A stretch of DNA of 64,000 nt from NCBI GenBank assembly GCA_039621445.1, contig CP154954.1, forward strand, positions 29,211,411 to 29,275,410, in the 5' to 3' direction. The notes under the pieces are model-generated. The model was not told the origin of the DNA. It searched no databases and worked only from the letters and a program-made list of their open reading frames with translations. Every line of letters starts with the position of its first letter. Position 1 is the stretch's first letter. Shown here one piece after another: positions 27,601-38,106 of the stretch. A program made the position numbers and the translations under genes. The stretch is from Euglena gracilis. Its lineage: Eukaryota.

Positions 27601-27638
27601 CCGTTGGAGTACAACGTCATGGGTGTGAGAACCTGCAT
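12415..27638 (-). CDS. Multi-exon gene for a Pro-rich RRM RNA-binding protein (CELF/Bruno/FCA/ELAV-like); local disruptions
   Basis: Inferred exons: 27638-27434, 25640-~25400, 23000-22674, 22109-22077, 21395-21355, 20581-20428, 19753-19555, 17891-17664, possibly 16933-16863, and 12652-12415. Most junction phases are consistent; the 25400-to-23000 junction and the last junction are not resolved. Two RRMs. Confidence 0.75.
13340..15804. mobile_element. 2.46-kb composite non-autonomous hAT-type element in an RRM gene intron
   Basis: CAGGGGTTATT...AATACCCCCTG ends; perfect TSD GTGCCTCC (13332-13339, 15805-15812); internal duplication (~13810-14170 and ~15325-15660). Confidence 0.85.
17548..17630. 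repeat. (GTAAG)n microsatellite
   Basis: Direct reading. Confidence 0.95.
17664..17891 (-). CDS. RRM gene C-terminal-region exon (YLDLDE...QDMAAVQAFSRIMNL...LQLR), one in-frame TGA
   Basis: Phase 2 matches the upstream donor; GC-rich codon usage; TGA at 17864-17866. Confidence 0.55.
17985..18150. repeat. (AATGC)n/(AATGT)n microsatellite
   Basis: Direct reading. Confidence 0.95.
18385..18698. mobile_element. hAT-type MITE
   Basis: CATACAATTTTTT / AAAAAATTGTCTG ends; perfect TSD CTTCGGAC. Confidence 0.85.
18870..19349. mobile_element. hAT-type MITE
   Basis: CAGGGCGT / ACGCCCTG ends; TSD GAAGGGAG/GAAGGGAA. Confidence 0.75.
19555..19753 (-). CDS. RRM2 C-half exon
   Basis: GNIGSGMVRYSSTAEATAAIQGLNMLQLPGMDRPIEVKYAE is a CELF/FCA-like RRM. 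TTCAG acceptor, AA|GTGACT donor. Confidence 0.88.
20428..20581 (-). CDS. Exon with RRM1 beta4 and degenerate RRM2 N-half
   Basis: GRFIRVKL...DVETG is open in one frame, but the RNP2-like SDLYVT lies in another frame. CAG/GT ends are in phase. Confidence 0.55.
21355..21395 (-). CDS. RRM1 helix-2 micro-exon (MAQAAVTAMNGMM)
   Basis: CAG acceptor and GT donor. The A..A...MNG motif is typical of RRM helix 2, and phases match both neighbours (33-nt exon 22109-22077 upstream). Confidence 0.7.
22674..23000 (-). CDS. RRM gene exon with RRM1 N-half
   Basis: TNLYISNLPDRITKEGLKELFSAHGTVMSCRV (RNP2 and helix 1). Donor G|GTGACT. Confidence 0.85.
25400..25640 (-). CDS. RRM gene Pro-rich exon (ELLDHIFTVASQ...PPPIVPG)
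   Basis: CTCCAG acceptor, open Pro-rich frame, GT donor near 25399. Confidence 0.6.
25795..26608. mobile_element. MITE with nested MITE (26119-26519)
   Basis: Outer TIR CAGGGTT.GATATAAGGA / TCCTTATATCAAACCCTG; inner TIR CAGGCTTTTGCTTAAGG / CCTTAAGCAAAAGCCTG. TSDs imperfect or absent. Confidence 0.75.
27434..27638 (-). CDS. RRM gene first coding exon (MQVLTPMTLYSNGRSITVYAP..., Pro/Gly-rich)
   Basis: Pyrimidine tract and CAG acceptor just before exon start 27648, ATG at 27638. Phase-1 GC donor matches the next exon. Confidence 0.6.
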
Positions 27639-29892
27639 GGTTGTGAACCTGAAAAGAGGACGCGGGAGAAAAATAAAAGGCAGTGGTGTACAGGAAGGCC
27701 TGCCTAATTTGAAACCATTGCTTTTGAGGGGGTAGGGGGGTAAGCCTTTGGACCACCCCCTCCCCGGGTCCAAAAAGAACCTCTGATTGGTCTGTCCCCA
27801 AAACATTGTTGAAAGGCATGCTCTGAAACAAAACGCAAAACTTGAAATTTCATGATTAATTTTTGAACTATTTCTGTCCAGTCCCTTGCCATCACCGCCC
27901 AAGGCTGGAGAAGGTCTTCTCAGCATCTTGGCACCATCTGGGACCAAGGGAGATCAGGCAGTAGACTTTGGTCATTTTGGACCCTCCCCTCCCCCCTATG
28001 GTGAAATTCACCGTTTGAAACTTCACCGGGTGTGACACTTCTAAAGCCTTATTTGGTTGCATATGGTTGACTTTTTCATCCCGATGCCTATAAGCTCAAC
28101 AGTGGACGTGGCTATGGCTTGCCTCCCCCCACTGTCCAAACGGGCTGCCGGCACGCCGGCCGCGACACCATCGCCTGTATATACCTATGTACACACCGTC
28201 AAGCCAATGTCCTGTGGCATCTCAACCGTCTTGCAAATTGTTTCCAGGACCCTCCACGGTTTGTTTTAAAGTGAAGAAGTGGCAGGCAGAGCTTTATTTA
28301 TTTCCTCGGGAATGAAATGAATAATGTTGATGAGAAGTATATTCACTCCATATCATCATTGCTGCTGCCGGTGGTGGTGGTGGTAGCAACGTCGGCGTGT
28401 GTGCAGCAGTTCCCCGGGGGGGGGGGGGTCCAGCAGCAGTTCGTTTCCAGCCACAAGCCTTTTCTCCAGCCGGAGGCTGGACCCCCCCCCAGGGGTCCTT
28501 AAGAAATCCCCTGACCCCGCCAGAGGCAGTTTTTTTTTCTATTCAATTCAATTCAATTCAATTCAATTCAATTTTTTGGACCCCAAAATTGACCCCCCAA
28601 AAGAGGGTCCCCCGAGCTGCCCCCCCCCCTGTCCCCCCCAGGGGGTGGGTTTGTGGGTGATTATGCTCTTGGAGGTCAGACAGGGGGGGGGTCTCGGACT
28701 CCTCCCAGTGAAATTCACCGGATATTCACCGGAGGGGGGAGGGGGGGTACCCTTGGCTATTTTTCACCGGTGAAGTTCACCAGTGAACTTCACCGCTTTG
28801 ATCATCATCATCAAAGCAGTTAGGGGGGAAATTTTAATAGAAGAAATTTTGCTCTTTCTCCTCTCAAAATAGTCATTTTGAGGTTGATGGCTCATGGATT
28901 TCCATCAAAATTTCTGAAAACTAATCCAAAAATGCCATTTTCGGTTATTTTTGACCATTTTTGGCCAAAAAAAGTGCTCTTGTCCTGTCATCCCCTCGCC
29001 GTTTTGCATGGATTTTCATGCAAAATGCCATTTTCCGAGCATATGGGGTGTTTTATGACTCTTTTTGTGGCACTTTTGGTACTAGAGGTGACATAGAGGA
29101 GGTAGAGGTAGAGGTGGTTGACATAGAGGTGGAGGCCTTTGAACTCTACCTCTACCTCTATGCAGCCCTGATGTACCATCCCTTTCCTCCAGAGGTTCGG
29201 CAGCCACCCCCCCCCTTGGTGGTCGGAACCCCTCGACACGGCAAATTGGGGACCCCCCCTCCCCTCGGCACGGCATGCCAAACCATACCAATGTCCCTTT
29301 CTTTTCCTCACAGGGCTGTGGATGCGGCAAGCAGTTCATCCACCGATGTTCAACCAGCACCTTGGAAACGTGTGATGTTTGACCTCTCCCATCCTTCCCT
29401 CCCCTTTCATTCGTCACAGGGGCAGTGACAGCAGCAGCAAACAGTGAAGTGGAAATGGACATTGAAGGTGTTATCGAGGGAGTGGACGGGGTCCAGTTTG
29501 TGGATGCAGAAGATGACAGCAACGCAGTGGAAGATGTGGGTGAAGTTGCTGAGTGTACAGACGTCATTGACAAGGCTGCAGAGGAGGCTGCAGCCAGTTC
29601 AGAAAGACTGATGGGAGGTGACTTTTGCTGCCACCCCAGGTATTTCTTTTAAGTTTCGGGAAGCCCCCCGGGAGTTCTGGATTTCTGGACATTCTGGTCT
29701 GCCCACAGCACTGGCAGTGGAGCAGGCCCAGCAGCTTGAGCTTGGTCAGAGGGTTTTATGAGGAAGCTTGGTCTGTTTGTTTGCCTGGGGTTGCTGAAAT
29801 TTACACAGTTGTGTCATTTGTAGTTATTTTGCTGACTATCGATCCTCTGCCTTGGACAATCGTACAAATTGTGGCCCCGTCATTTATTTTGC

Positions 29893-30450
29893 CAGCGCCC
29901 CGTTTTGGGCCGCCAACCCATTGACTTTGGGTCAAAAAACCGGGTCAAAAAAGTCAAAAAAAAATCGAAAATTTTTTTTGCCCAAAACGATGTTTTTTGG
30001 CCTCCCGGACCCGGAAAAACTGATTTTGAGCCGAAAATGAGCGTTTTTCGACCCGTCAGCGCCCCGTTTTGGGCCGCCAACCCATTGACTATGGGTCAAA
30101 ACCGGGTCAAAAAAGTCGAAAAAATCGAAAAAAAATTTTGCCCAAAACGATGTTTTTGGGCCTCCCGGACCCGCAAAAACTGTTTTTGAGCCGAAAATGA
30201 GCGGTTTTCGACCCACCAGCGCGCCGTTTTGGGCCGCCAACCCATTGACTTTGGGTCAAAACCGGGTCAAAAAAGTCGAAAAAAATCGAAATTTTTTTTT
30301 GCCCAAAACGATGTTTTTTGGCCTCCCGGACCCTGTCTTTGAGCCAAAAATGAGCGATTTTTGACCCCTTGGCCTCCCGATTCGGGCACAAAACCCTTGC
30401 ATTTCAGTCAAAAGAGCTCCACGGAGTGGCTGGTATATATGGGGGGGTCG
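29893..30450. repeat. ~160-bp tandem repeat (3 units); related copy at ~31850-32190
   Basis: CAGCGCCCCGTTTTGGGCCGCCAACCCATTGACT recurs near 29893, 30057, 30217 and 31951. Confidence 0.9.
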
Positions 30451-30882
30451 CTGAGCTCTTATCCCTTTATGGGCAAGAGCGAAGCTTACCCCTGGGGGAA
30501 AACCCCCCCCGAACCCCCCCCCTCGGGGCTACCTCGGGGGGGGTTATAGGTCCCGGAACTGTTGGTGAAAAACCGACCCCCCAAAATGACCCCGAAACCC
30601 CCCCCAAATTGACAATTTTTGGCAAATTTGGTCAAAAATGGCACTTTTGATGATGGTAGGTGTCAAAAAAAAATGCCCAGAAAACAGTTTTTGGGTGGTT
30701 TGCGGCCGAAAAAAATCGTCCCCGGCGGCTTTCATTTTTCTTCCCTGAAGGGGGGGGTTTATAGGTCCCGGTTTGGTTGGTCGGCCCGAGGGGGGGGGGG
30801 GTTATAGGTGGGGGGGGAGTTTATAGGTGGGGGGGGTTTATAATTGGGGGGGGGGGTTACAGTGGATCAGCCGGGGCCTGAC

Positions 30883-31200
30883 CTCCTCCTTCTCCCGCCT
30901 CTCCCTTTCCTCCCTTTCCCGCCTGTCCCTTTCCTCCGCCGCCTGCCGCTCCTTCTCTTCCCGCTCCTCCCGTTCCCGCTCCCTCTCCCCCTCCTGCTCC
31001 CTCGCCCTCTCCACCTCAATCCGCCTCTCTTCCTCCCTTTCCCTCTCCTCTCGGCGCCTCTCCTCCTCCCGGGCCCTCCGCTGCTGCTCCTCCTGTTCCC
31101 TCTCCCTCTCCCTCTCCCTCTCCCTCTCCCTCTGCTCTTCCCGCCGCCGCTCCGCCTCCCTCTCCGGCTCCGGCGGCGGCTCGGGAACCGGCAGATTATC
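30883..31200 (-). other. Glu/Arg-rich (ER/K single-helix-like) coding-like segment, possible orphan exon
   Basis: Open frame PVPEPPPEPEREAERRREEQRERE...EKEE followed by a GT donor-like site. No partner exons found. Confidence 0.35.
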
Positions 31201-32522
31201 ACCATGATCCCGGCCCCGTTCCCGGAATTTTTTTTTTTCAGTCGCGAGCGACTGGATTCCTAGTTTCCGAATCACCTGGGTTTGACCCCCAACTCCCCGC
31301 CAGGCCCGAGTTATTCATGCGCGAAGGGGTCCAAACTGGGTAGGATTGGCCAACCCCCCTTTTTAAGCCCCCCCCCCTTTGGACTCTGCCATTTCGGCCA
31401 AAAAAATGTCAATTTTCAAAATATCTCCAAAATGAAGCAAAATCAAAGGAAATGTCAGGTGACCTAATTTGAAGCCCTTGGAACGCCCCATCTGCCGGTA
31501 TTTAGATTTCCCTGGCAACTCCCCGCCTGGCCCGAGAAACGGCCGTTTTCGGCCCGGATGGCCGTTTTGTACACTTTTCCCTCTGTTCGACTTAGCCGTT
31601 TTCGGGGGGTGGGGTCAAAAATTGATGTTTTCAAAATTTCTCGAAAATGATGCAAAATCAAAGGAAATGTCCGGAGACCTAAATTGAAGCCCTTGGAACG
31701 CTCTATCTACTGGGGTTTTGGTTTCCCCGCAGCTCACCGCCTAGCCCGAGATACGGCCATTTTTCAGCCAATTTACGCCATTTTGTACACTTTTCCCTCT
31801 GTTTGACTTTTTCGATCAAAAAGTCGAACAAATCGTTTTCGGCCAAAAAAGTCGAAAAAATCGAAATTTTTTTGCCCAAAACGATGTTTTTTGGACTCCC
31901 GGACCCGGAAAACCTGATTTTGAGCCGAAAATGAGCGTTTTTCGACCCGCCAGCACCCCGTTTTGGGCCGCCAACCCATTGACTTTGGGCCAAACCCGGG
32001 TCAAAAAAGTCGAAAAAAATCGAAAAAAAATTTTTGGCCTGAAATGATGTTTTTTGGCCTCCCGGACCCGGAAAAACTGTCTTTGAGCCGAAAATGAGCG
32101 ATTTTTGACCCCTTGGCCTCCCGTTCCGGGCACAAAACACTTGCATTTCAGTCAAAAGAGCTCCACGGGGTGGCTGGTATATATGGGGGGGGGGGTCAAT
32201 GAAGGGGTGGGGGCGCGCTTATTAAGAGCTCAGCAGTATTCAAAACCTGGTTCAATTGGGGGGGGCGTCAATTAGGGGGGGGTACCATCAATTAGGGGGT
32301 GCTTCAGCACAGAATCCCCCCGGGCAGTCAATTAGGGGGGGGGTCGAAAATTTTTTACATGGGGCATTTGGTCAATTATGGGGGGTCAATTAGGGGGGGG
32401 GGAGGTGGTACCATGAAAAGTGCCAAGGAAAGTCCCAAGTGGGTGCCAGGCCCCCTGGGTGAATTGATGGCCCCAGCCAGTGGCAGGGCCTGCAGGCGCA
32501 AGGGGTCAGCCACCAGGGGGTT

Positions 32523-33635
32523 GTGGGGGTTGTGAGGCCCACACCCTCAACACAAACTGAACACTGCCAGCCGAAAAACATGCCTATCAACCACGTGGCG
32601 GCTGTCCAGCATGCCGGGATCAGGCATGGCATGTGCCTGCCGGACATCATCAAGATTGCATGGGCTGAAGGAGTCAACACCAACCTGATGGATTATTATT
32701 CACGCTTTGATGCAGAGTGTGGATGTTCGTGGTGTGACAGTCGTGCAGCGGCAGCTGCTGCTGGCAGGCTCAGGGCCCATGGCAGGGTGGCCTCTGATGC
32801 CAGAGATGTGCATGCTGTGGAAGGATCTGGTGGAATGACGGCGTGGTGCATGACAGACCGTGCAATGACGGAATTGGACATTACAGACCGTGCAATGACG
32901 AAGTTGGGCATTACAGACCATGCAATGACGGAATTGGGCATTACAAACCATGCAATGACGGTTTGGGGCATGGGGGCCAAGGGCATGTCCAAGATGGTGA
33001 TGCAGGAATCGAGATGCTGGATGTTACAGATGGACATGTCAGACATGGACATGACAGACAGGGAGATGGAGATGTCCAGAAGTCAAGAGGAAGGAGAAGG
33101 AAGGAGCGCAGGCAGAAGGCGAAGGAGGCCCCGAGGGGCCGAGTCCGAAGCCCTGCCTGGGATGGTGTGGGCTGGGTCCCCCCTTGCAAGCCTGGGCCAC
33201 GTGGCGGGTGTGCAGCATGCCAGGATCAGGCGTGGCATGTGCCTACAGGACATCATCAAGATGGCATGGGCTGAAGGAGTCAACACCAACCTGATGGATT
33301 ATTATTCAAGTTTTGATGCAGAGTGTGGATGTTCGTGGTGTGCCAGTCGTGCAGCGGCAGCTGCTGCTGGCAGGCTCAGGGCCCATGGCAGGGTCTCTGA
33401 TGCCAGAGATGTGCATGCTGTGGAAGGATCTGGTGGAATGACGGCGTGGTGCATGACAGACCGTGCAATGACGAAGTTGGGCATTACAGACCATGCAATG
33501 ACGGTTTGGGGCATGGGGGCCCAGGACATGTCCAAGATGGTGATGCAGGAATCGAGATGCTGGATGTTACAGATGGACATGTCAGACATGGACATGACAG
33601 ACAGGGAGATTGGTTGGTTATCACGGATATTGTGA
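32523..33635 (+). other. 370-codon ORF of unknown function built from a ~600-bp tandem duplication with 30-bp inner repeats
   Basis: 32591-33070 is duplicated at 33197-33610; the inner unit CA(T/G)TACAGACCRTGCAATGACG occurs 4x, then 2x. Confidence 0.35.
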
Positions 33636-33994
33636 TTCGGTTTGGCGGCTCGGCTCGGATGTTGTGTGGCTGACTTTGGGTTTGGAGATTGGAATTCCTG
33701 GTTGGATTTGTTGAGGGCTTTTGCAGGCCTTGCTTTTGTGGAGGATTCATTTGTGTTGGAAAAACCTGGGATTTTGATTTTTTCCCAAAAAAGAAAACCG
33801 AGTTCGGATTTTGCAGACTTCGGTTTGGATTTTGAGAACTGTGATTTTCATGGAACATTCGAACTCGGGGGGAGCGGTGGACCCTCCTCAGTTCAGGCCC
33901 AGGTGTGTGGGCCATTTTCTGAGAGCCACGTGTTGCGGCTGAGGGGCCAAACGGATGCCCTGTGATTTTTTGTTCATTTTTTCGGTGGGCCAAA

Positions 33995-34060
33995 GGCAAC
34001 GGTTACGCTCCCGTGCTGGAGTGCCACATTACCTGCAAGTTCACCACCATCCATACAAAG
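33995..34060 (+). pseudogene. tef1: Second short EF-1alpha fragment (GNGYAPVLECHITCKFTTIHTK)
   Basis: Matches the EF-1alpha GNGYAPVLDCH..HIACKF motif. The downstream flank (GGAACAATCAGGA...GAATTCCCA) is shared with the 49.28-kb copy. Confidence 0.8.
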
Positions 34061-36540
34061 TGACTTGGGCCATGCGTGGGGAACAATCAGGACTCAAGAT
34101 TTGCCAAGCGAATTCCCACAGGTGTTTTTGGTTGCCCTCCCATGGGGGGTGTTTCGGGTCACGGGGGGGTCACGGGGGGGGGTCACGGGGGGGGGTCACG
34201 GGGGAACACCACGTTTTTGGTAGCAAAATTAGGAATCACCGAGCCTGAATTTTTACTAAATGAAAGTCTGGGCACCAGACTTCTTTTCAACTCAAAAGCC
34301 ACCTGGGAAAGTGGCAACCAGTTTCCAAAGTTTTTGGAAAGCGACCTCAGACGGCCCGATTTGGGGGGGGGTCCCTGGTGACCGCAAGGGTTTTTAAAAC
34401 AAAGCCTAATAGGCACCACCACACCGGGCTCTGTGGGATGCTGACATCCCAAGGCAGGCCCAGCCAAACTCAGACTCAACAAATTGGGTGTTTCTCCCTC
34501 ATTTCTGTGTGTAGTGGTGAAACACTGCCCCCTGATCACGGACACCGTGCACTGATTGAGCCCTAACCGTACACAAAACAAGATATAACACATACACCAT
34601 GCACTAACCAAGCCCCCGTACAAACTGTACGGGGGCTTCATAATTGCACTCTTCATACCAAGATCCAGATGATTTGACACCACCCAAAACCTGGAAATTG
34701 GCAAATTTGCCTCAAAATGAGCGCACACACAGTAAGTTCACCTCCTATCTGGGTTGTCTGGGGGTTTGGTTTTTTTTCGTTTTTCACAGACTGCAGACAA
34801 GGACCTCTTGGAAGGTGATGTCTAGAAAACTTGACGATTCAAATGATGATACATCCCTGCTGCCGGCGGCAGCAGTCTGCTCAATTTGCAGCCTTCGTCC
34901 TCACAGATTACTGAAGTAGCATGCAGCCCTTTCTTTGCCGTGACATTCGCATCGAATTTTGTCGGTATGTCGCTTTCCAAGTACCAAACACATGGCATAC
35001 AATCTTCGGAGAATTTTGTTTTTGTTTTTATACATTTAAGCTGGAGGATTATATTTTTTTGTTTCATGTTTGGGGGGGAACAGTGATGCTTTTGCGCTGC
35101 AGGTTATCGATGTATGGATGGTGGTGATGGTGGTGCAGGGGGTGAATATGCGGAGGGCAAATTTAGCACTTTTTTTTGGGAAAATTATCCACAAATTAGG
35201 AATCCCCACACCCAAAATTAGGATTTTGACACCAAATTAGGGATCACCGAGCCAAAATGTGAAAAATTTACGCCTCAAGAAGGAATCTGCCTGAGAATTT
35301 TATCAAATGAGGCATCACCGGCCAAAAATTTTCCATACAAAATTTCGCCAAAAACGGTCCTTGTTCGGGTCACGGGGGGGTCACGGGGGGAACACCCCCC
35401 CAGATAGTCCCGTTTCCGCCCCCCCCCCCCCCCCGAATCCCGTTTTTGTCCCAGTTCTGCACTCAAGATCTGACACCACAGCAATGAAGTGGCTTTCCGG
35501 GTCCTACCTCAAAACAAAGCACATTGCCGATTTTTCAGGCATTGAGGCACTCAATTGACATCCCACAATGCCCCAGAACGCTCCCAATGTCCGCAGCCAT
35601 GCCAACGCCCCCACGATAATGTCGCGTGTTTCTGCTTCCATGAAGCAGAATTCCGCTTCATCGACGCCAGTACTTAACTTTTTGATGGTATCCTTGTTGG
35701 GTAAGTTCTCTATACAGCAGGTCTGCTTGAGAACTTTCGATAGCAATCTGTCCAATTTCAACTGCCACGCTTCGTGGATTGAGCCGGGGCCAAGGCTCAC
35801 AATGTGGCTGAGGTGTCTAAAGATCAATCCGCCTTTAGGTGTATTTTTTTTTTCGATCCTCAATCAATTTTTGTGGACCACAAAATTTTTTGTGGACACC
35901 ACAAAAATTTTTTGTGGTTCACCTGTGGACACCAAAAAAAAAAATTGTGGTTCACCTGTGGACACTAGAAAAAAAAATTTGTGGTTCACACGTCTTTTGT
36001 GAACCAACTAAATGAATGTCTGGGAGTTATGGACCGAAGTTGAGATTTAAACTACTGAGCGAACTGCAGTTACTTCCCACGAGCATTTCTGTTTTCAGTG
36101 TTCATGGGACAAAATTTTTGCACCATGCACATTGGATAATTTTGGGAAAAATGTTTCCGCACTTCCGTCCGGAATTTTTTCTTCTTTTTTTTCCAAATTT
36201 GAGGGACCTCCTTCCGTCCGGAATATTTTCTTCTTTTTTTCAAATTTGAGGGACCTCCTTCCAGTTTTAAGACCCCGGGGGACCCAGGGTGACGCGGGAC
36301 CAACTCGGGGGCGCAAAACCGGGCCATTTTCAAGGTAATTTTTAAAGTTTTCGGCGATTCGACCCGACAAGGTATTCCTGGCGCCATCCCCCCCCCCCCG
36401 GCCTTCTTCCTTCCGCCGGATGGGAATCCCTCGCAGTTGAGAGCGAAGTAAGGGGCGAAACAGATTTTTCTGCGCAAGACAAAGAAAACGGAATTAAACC
36501 GACGAGGCTTTGACCAAAAACGGAATTAAACCGCACGCTT

Positions 36541-37290
36541 TTACGAACCCCCCCTTCTATTTGCCCCCCCCCCTAATTGGCCAGAGCCCAGGTGGCCAAT
36601 TAGGGGGGGGGGTACTCATTTCAAGGGAAAATGTCTTTATTCGGGTGTTTTAGGGGGTTCGCGACTGTAAAGGACGGGGTCCAGGTGGCCAATTAGGGGG
36701 GGGGGTTAGGGGTAACCCCCCCCCTAATTGTCCCCCCCCTAATTGGCCAGAAGGGGGGTCCAGGCCACCCGGAGGGCGGCCAAATAGAGGGGGGGGGGTT
36801 GGTATTGCAACATGGAAGGGATTTTGTTAACGTGACCCCCCCCCCTATTTGTCCCCCCCCTAATTGGCCAGAGCCCAGTTGGCCAATTAGGGGGGGGGGT
36901 TACTCATTGCAAGGGAAAATGCCTTTATTCGGGTGTTTACGGGGGTTCGCGGCTATGAAGGACGGGGTCCAGGTGGCCAATTAGGGGGGGGGGGTAACCC
37001 CCCCCCCTACCACCTCCCCCCCCCCTAATTGACCGTGGGACCTCTCCACGGGACCCCCTTTGGTCAATTGGGGGGGGGTTCAATTAGGGGGGGGTTGGTC
37101 AATTAGGGGGGGTACCGTCAATTAGGGGGTGCTTCGGCATGGAATCCCCCCGGGTAGTCAATTAGGGGGGGGGTTGAAAAAAATTTGGTCAATTAGGGGG
37201 GGGGTCAATTAGGGAGGGAGGTGGTAATTGTCCCCCGGGTCCGGGCCGCCCGGAGGGCGGCCAAATAGGGGGGGGGGTGTTGGTATTTGA
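36541..37290. repeat. Cluster of CCCCTAATTGGCC/GGCCAATTAGGGG MITE-like repeats; other copies at 32250-32410, 48266-48460 and 49847-49950
   Basis: Near-identical CTCATTTCAAGGGAAAATGTCTTTATTCGGGTG core near 36614, 36903 and 48364. Confidence 0.85.
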
Positions 37291-38106
37291 GGGGGGGGCC
37301 GAGCCCCCCCCCCCCGCCTATGCCAAAGTGAGCCACAAAAACGACCTAACCCCGGAGCATGTTGCCAACATAGAAGGGATTTTGTTATTTGAGGGGGGGG
37401 GTGCGGGGGGCGGAGCCCCCCCCCCGCCTATGGAGGCTAGGCATAGCGGGGGGGGGGGGGGGGCTGAGGGGGGGGCGGGCGAGGCGGGCGGCCGCGCGGG
37501 GGGGGGGGGAGGGGGGGGGGGGAGGGGGGGTCCGAGGGCGGCCGCGCGGGCGGCGCGCATCCTAAAATCGGTCATTTTCGGGTCCAAAAAGTGGTCATTT
37601 TTTGTCATTTTTGGGCCATTTTGGACCAAAAAAAGTGCTTTTTTGGCCGCCCGCGGAGCGCGCGGCCCCCAAATTTCCCATTTTAGGTCCGAAAATGGTC
37701 ATTTTTGGTCATTTTTGGGCCTCAAAAGTCGCGATTTTTTCACAAATTTTTTTTCTTGGCTATGCTAGGCACAGTGGGGGGAGGGGGGGTCCAGGGGGGG
37801 GGGTAGATCTGGCCTGGAGGGGGGTTGTGGGCCGACCCCAGGGTCGGCCCAATACGACCCTAGGGTCGCTAGGGTCGCTAAAGTCGCTCTAGGGTCGTGG
37901 GCCGACCCTAGGGTCGCCCATCCTAGGGTCGTGGGCCGACCGTGGGGTCGACCCTAGGGTCGGCCCACCCCACGACCTCGACCCCCCTATTTGACAATTG
38001 AAAAAAAAATTCATATAAAAATCATTATTTTTTCCCCCTCTTCCTTCCCTGCCATGTACATAATTGTACCTTTTGTTCATAGTTCCATCCTTATTCAGAG
38101 AAAAAA

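Noticed and set aside
35504-35863. Coding-like minus-strand fragment
   Set aside because: No family is recognised and no linked exons were found; too weak to call.
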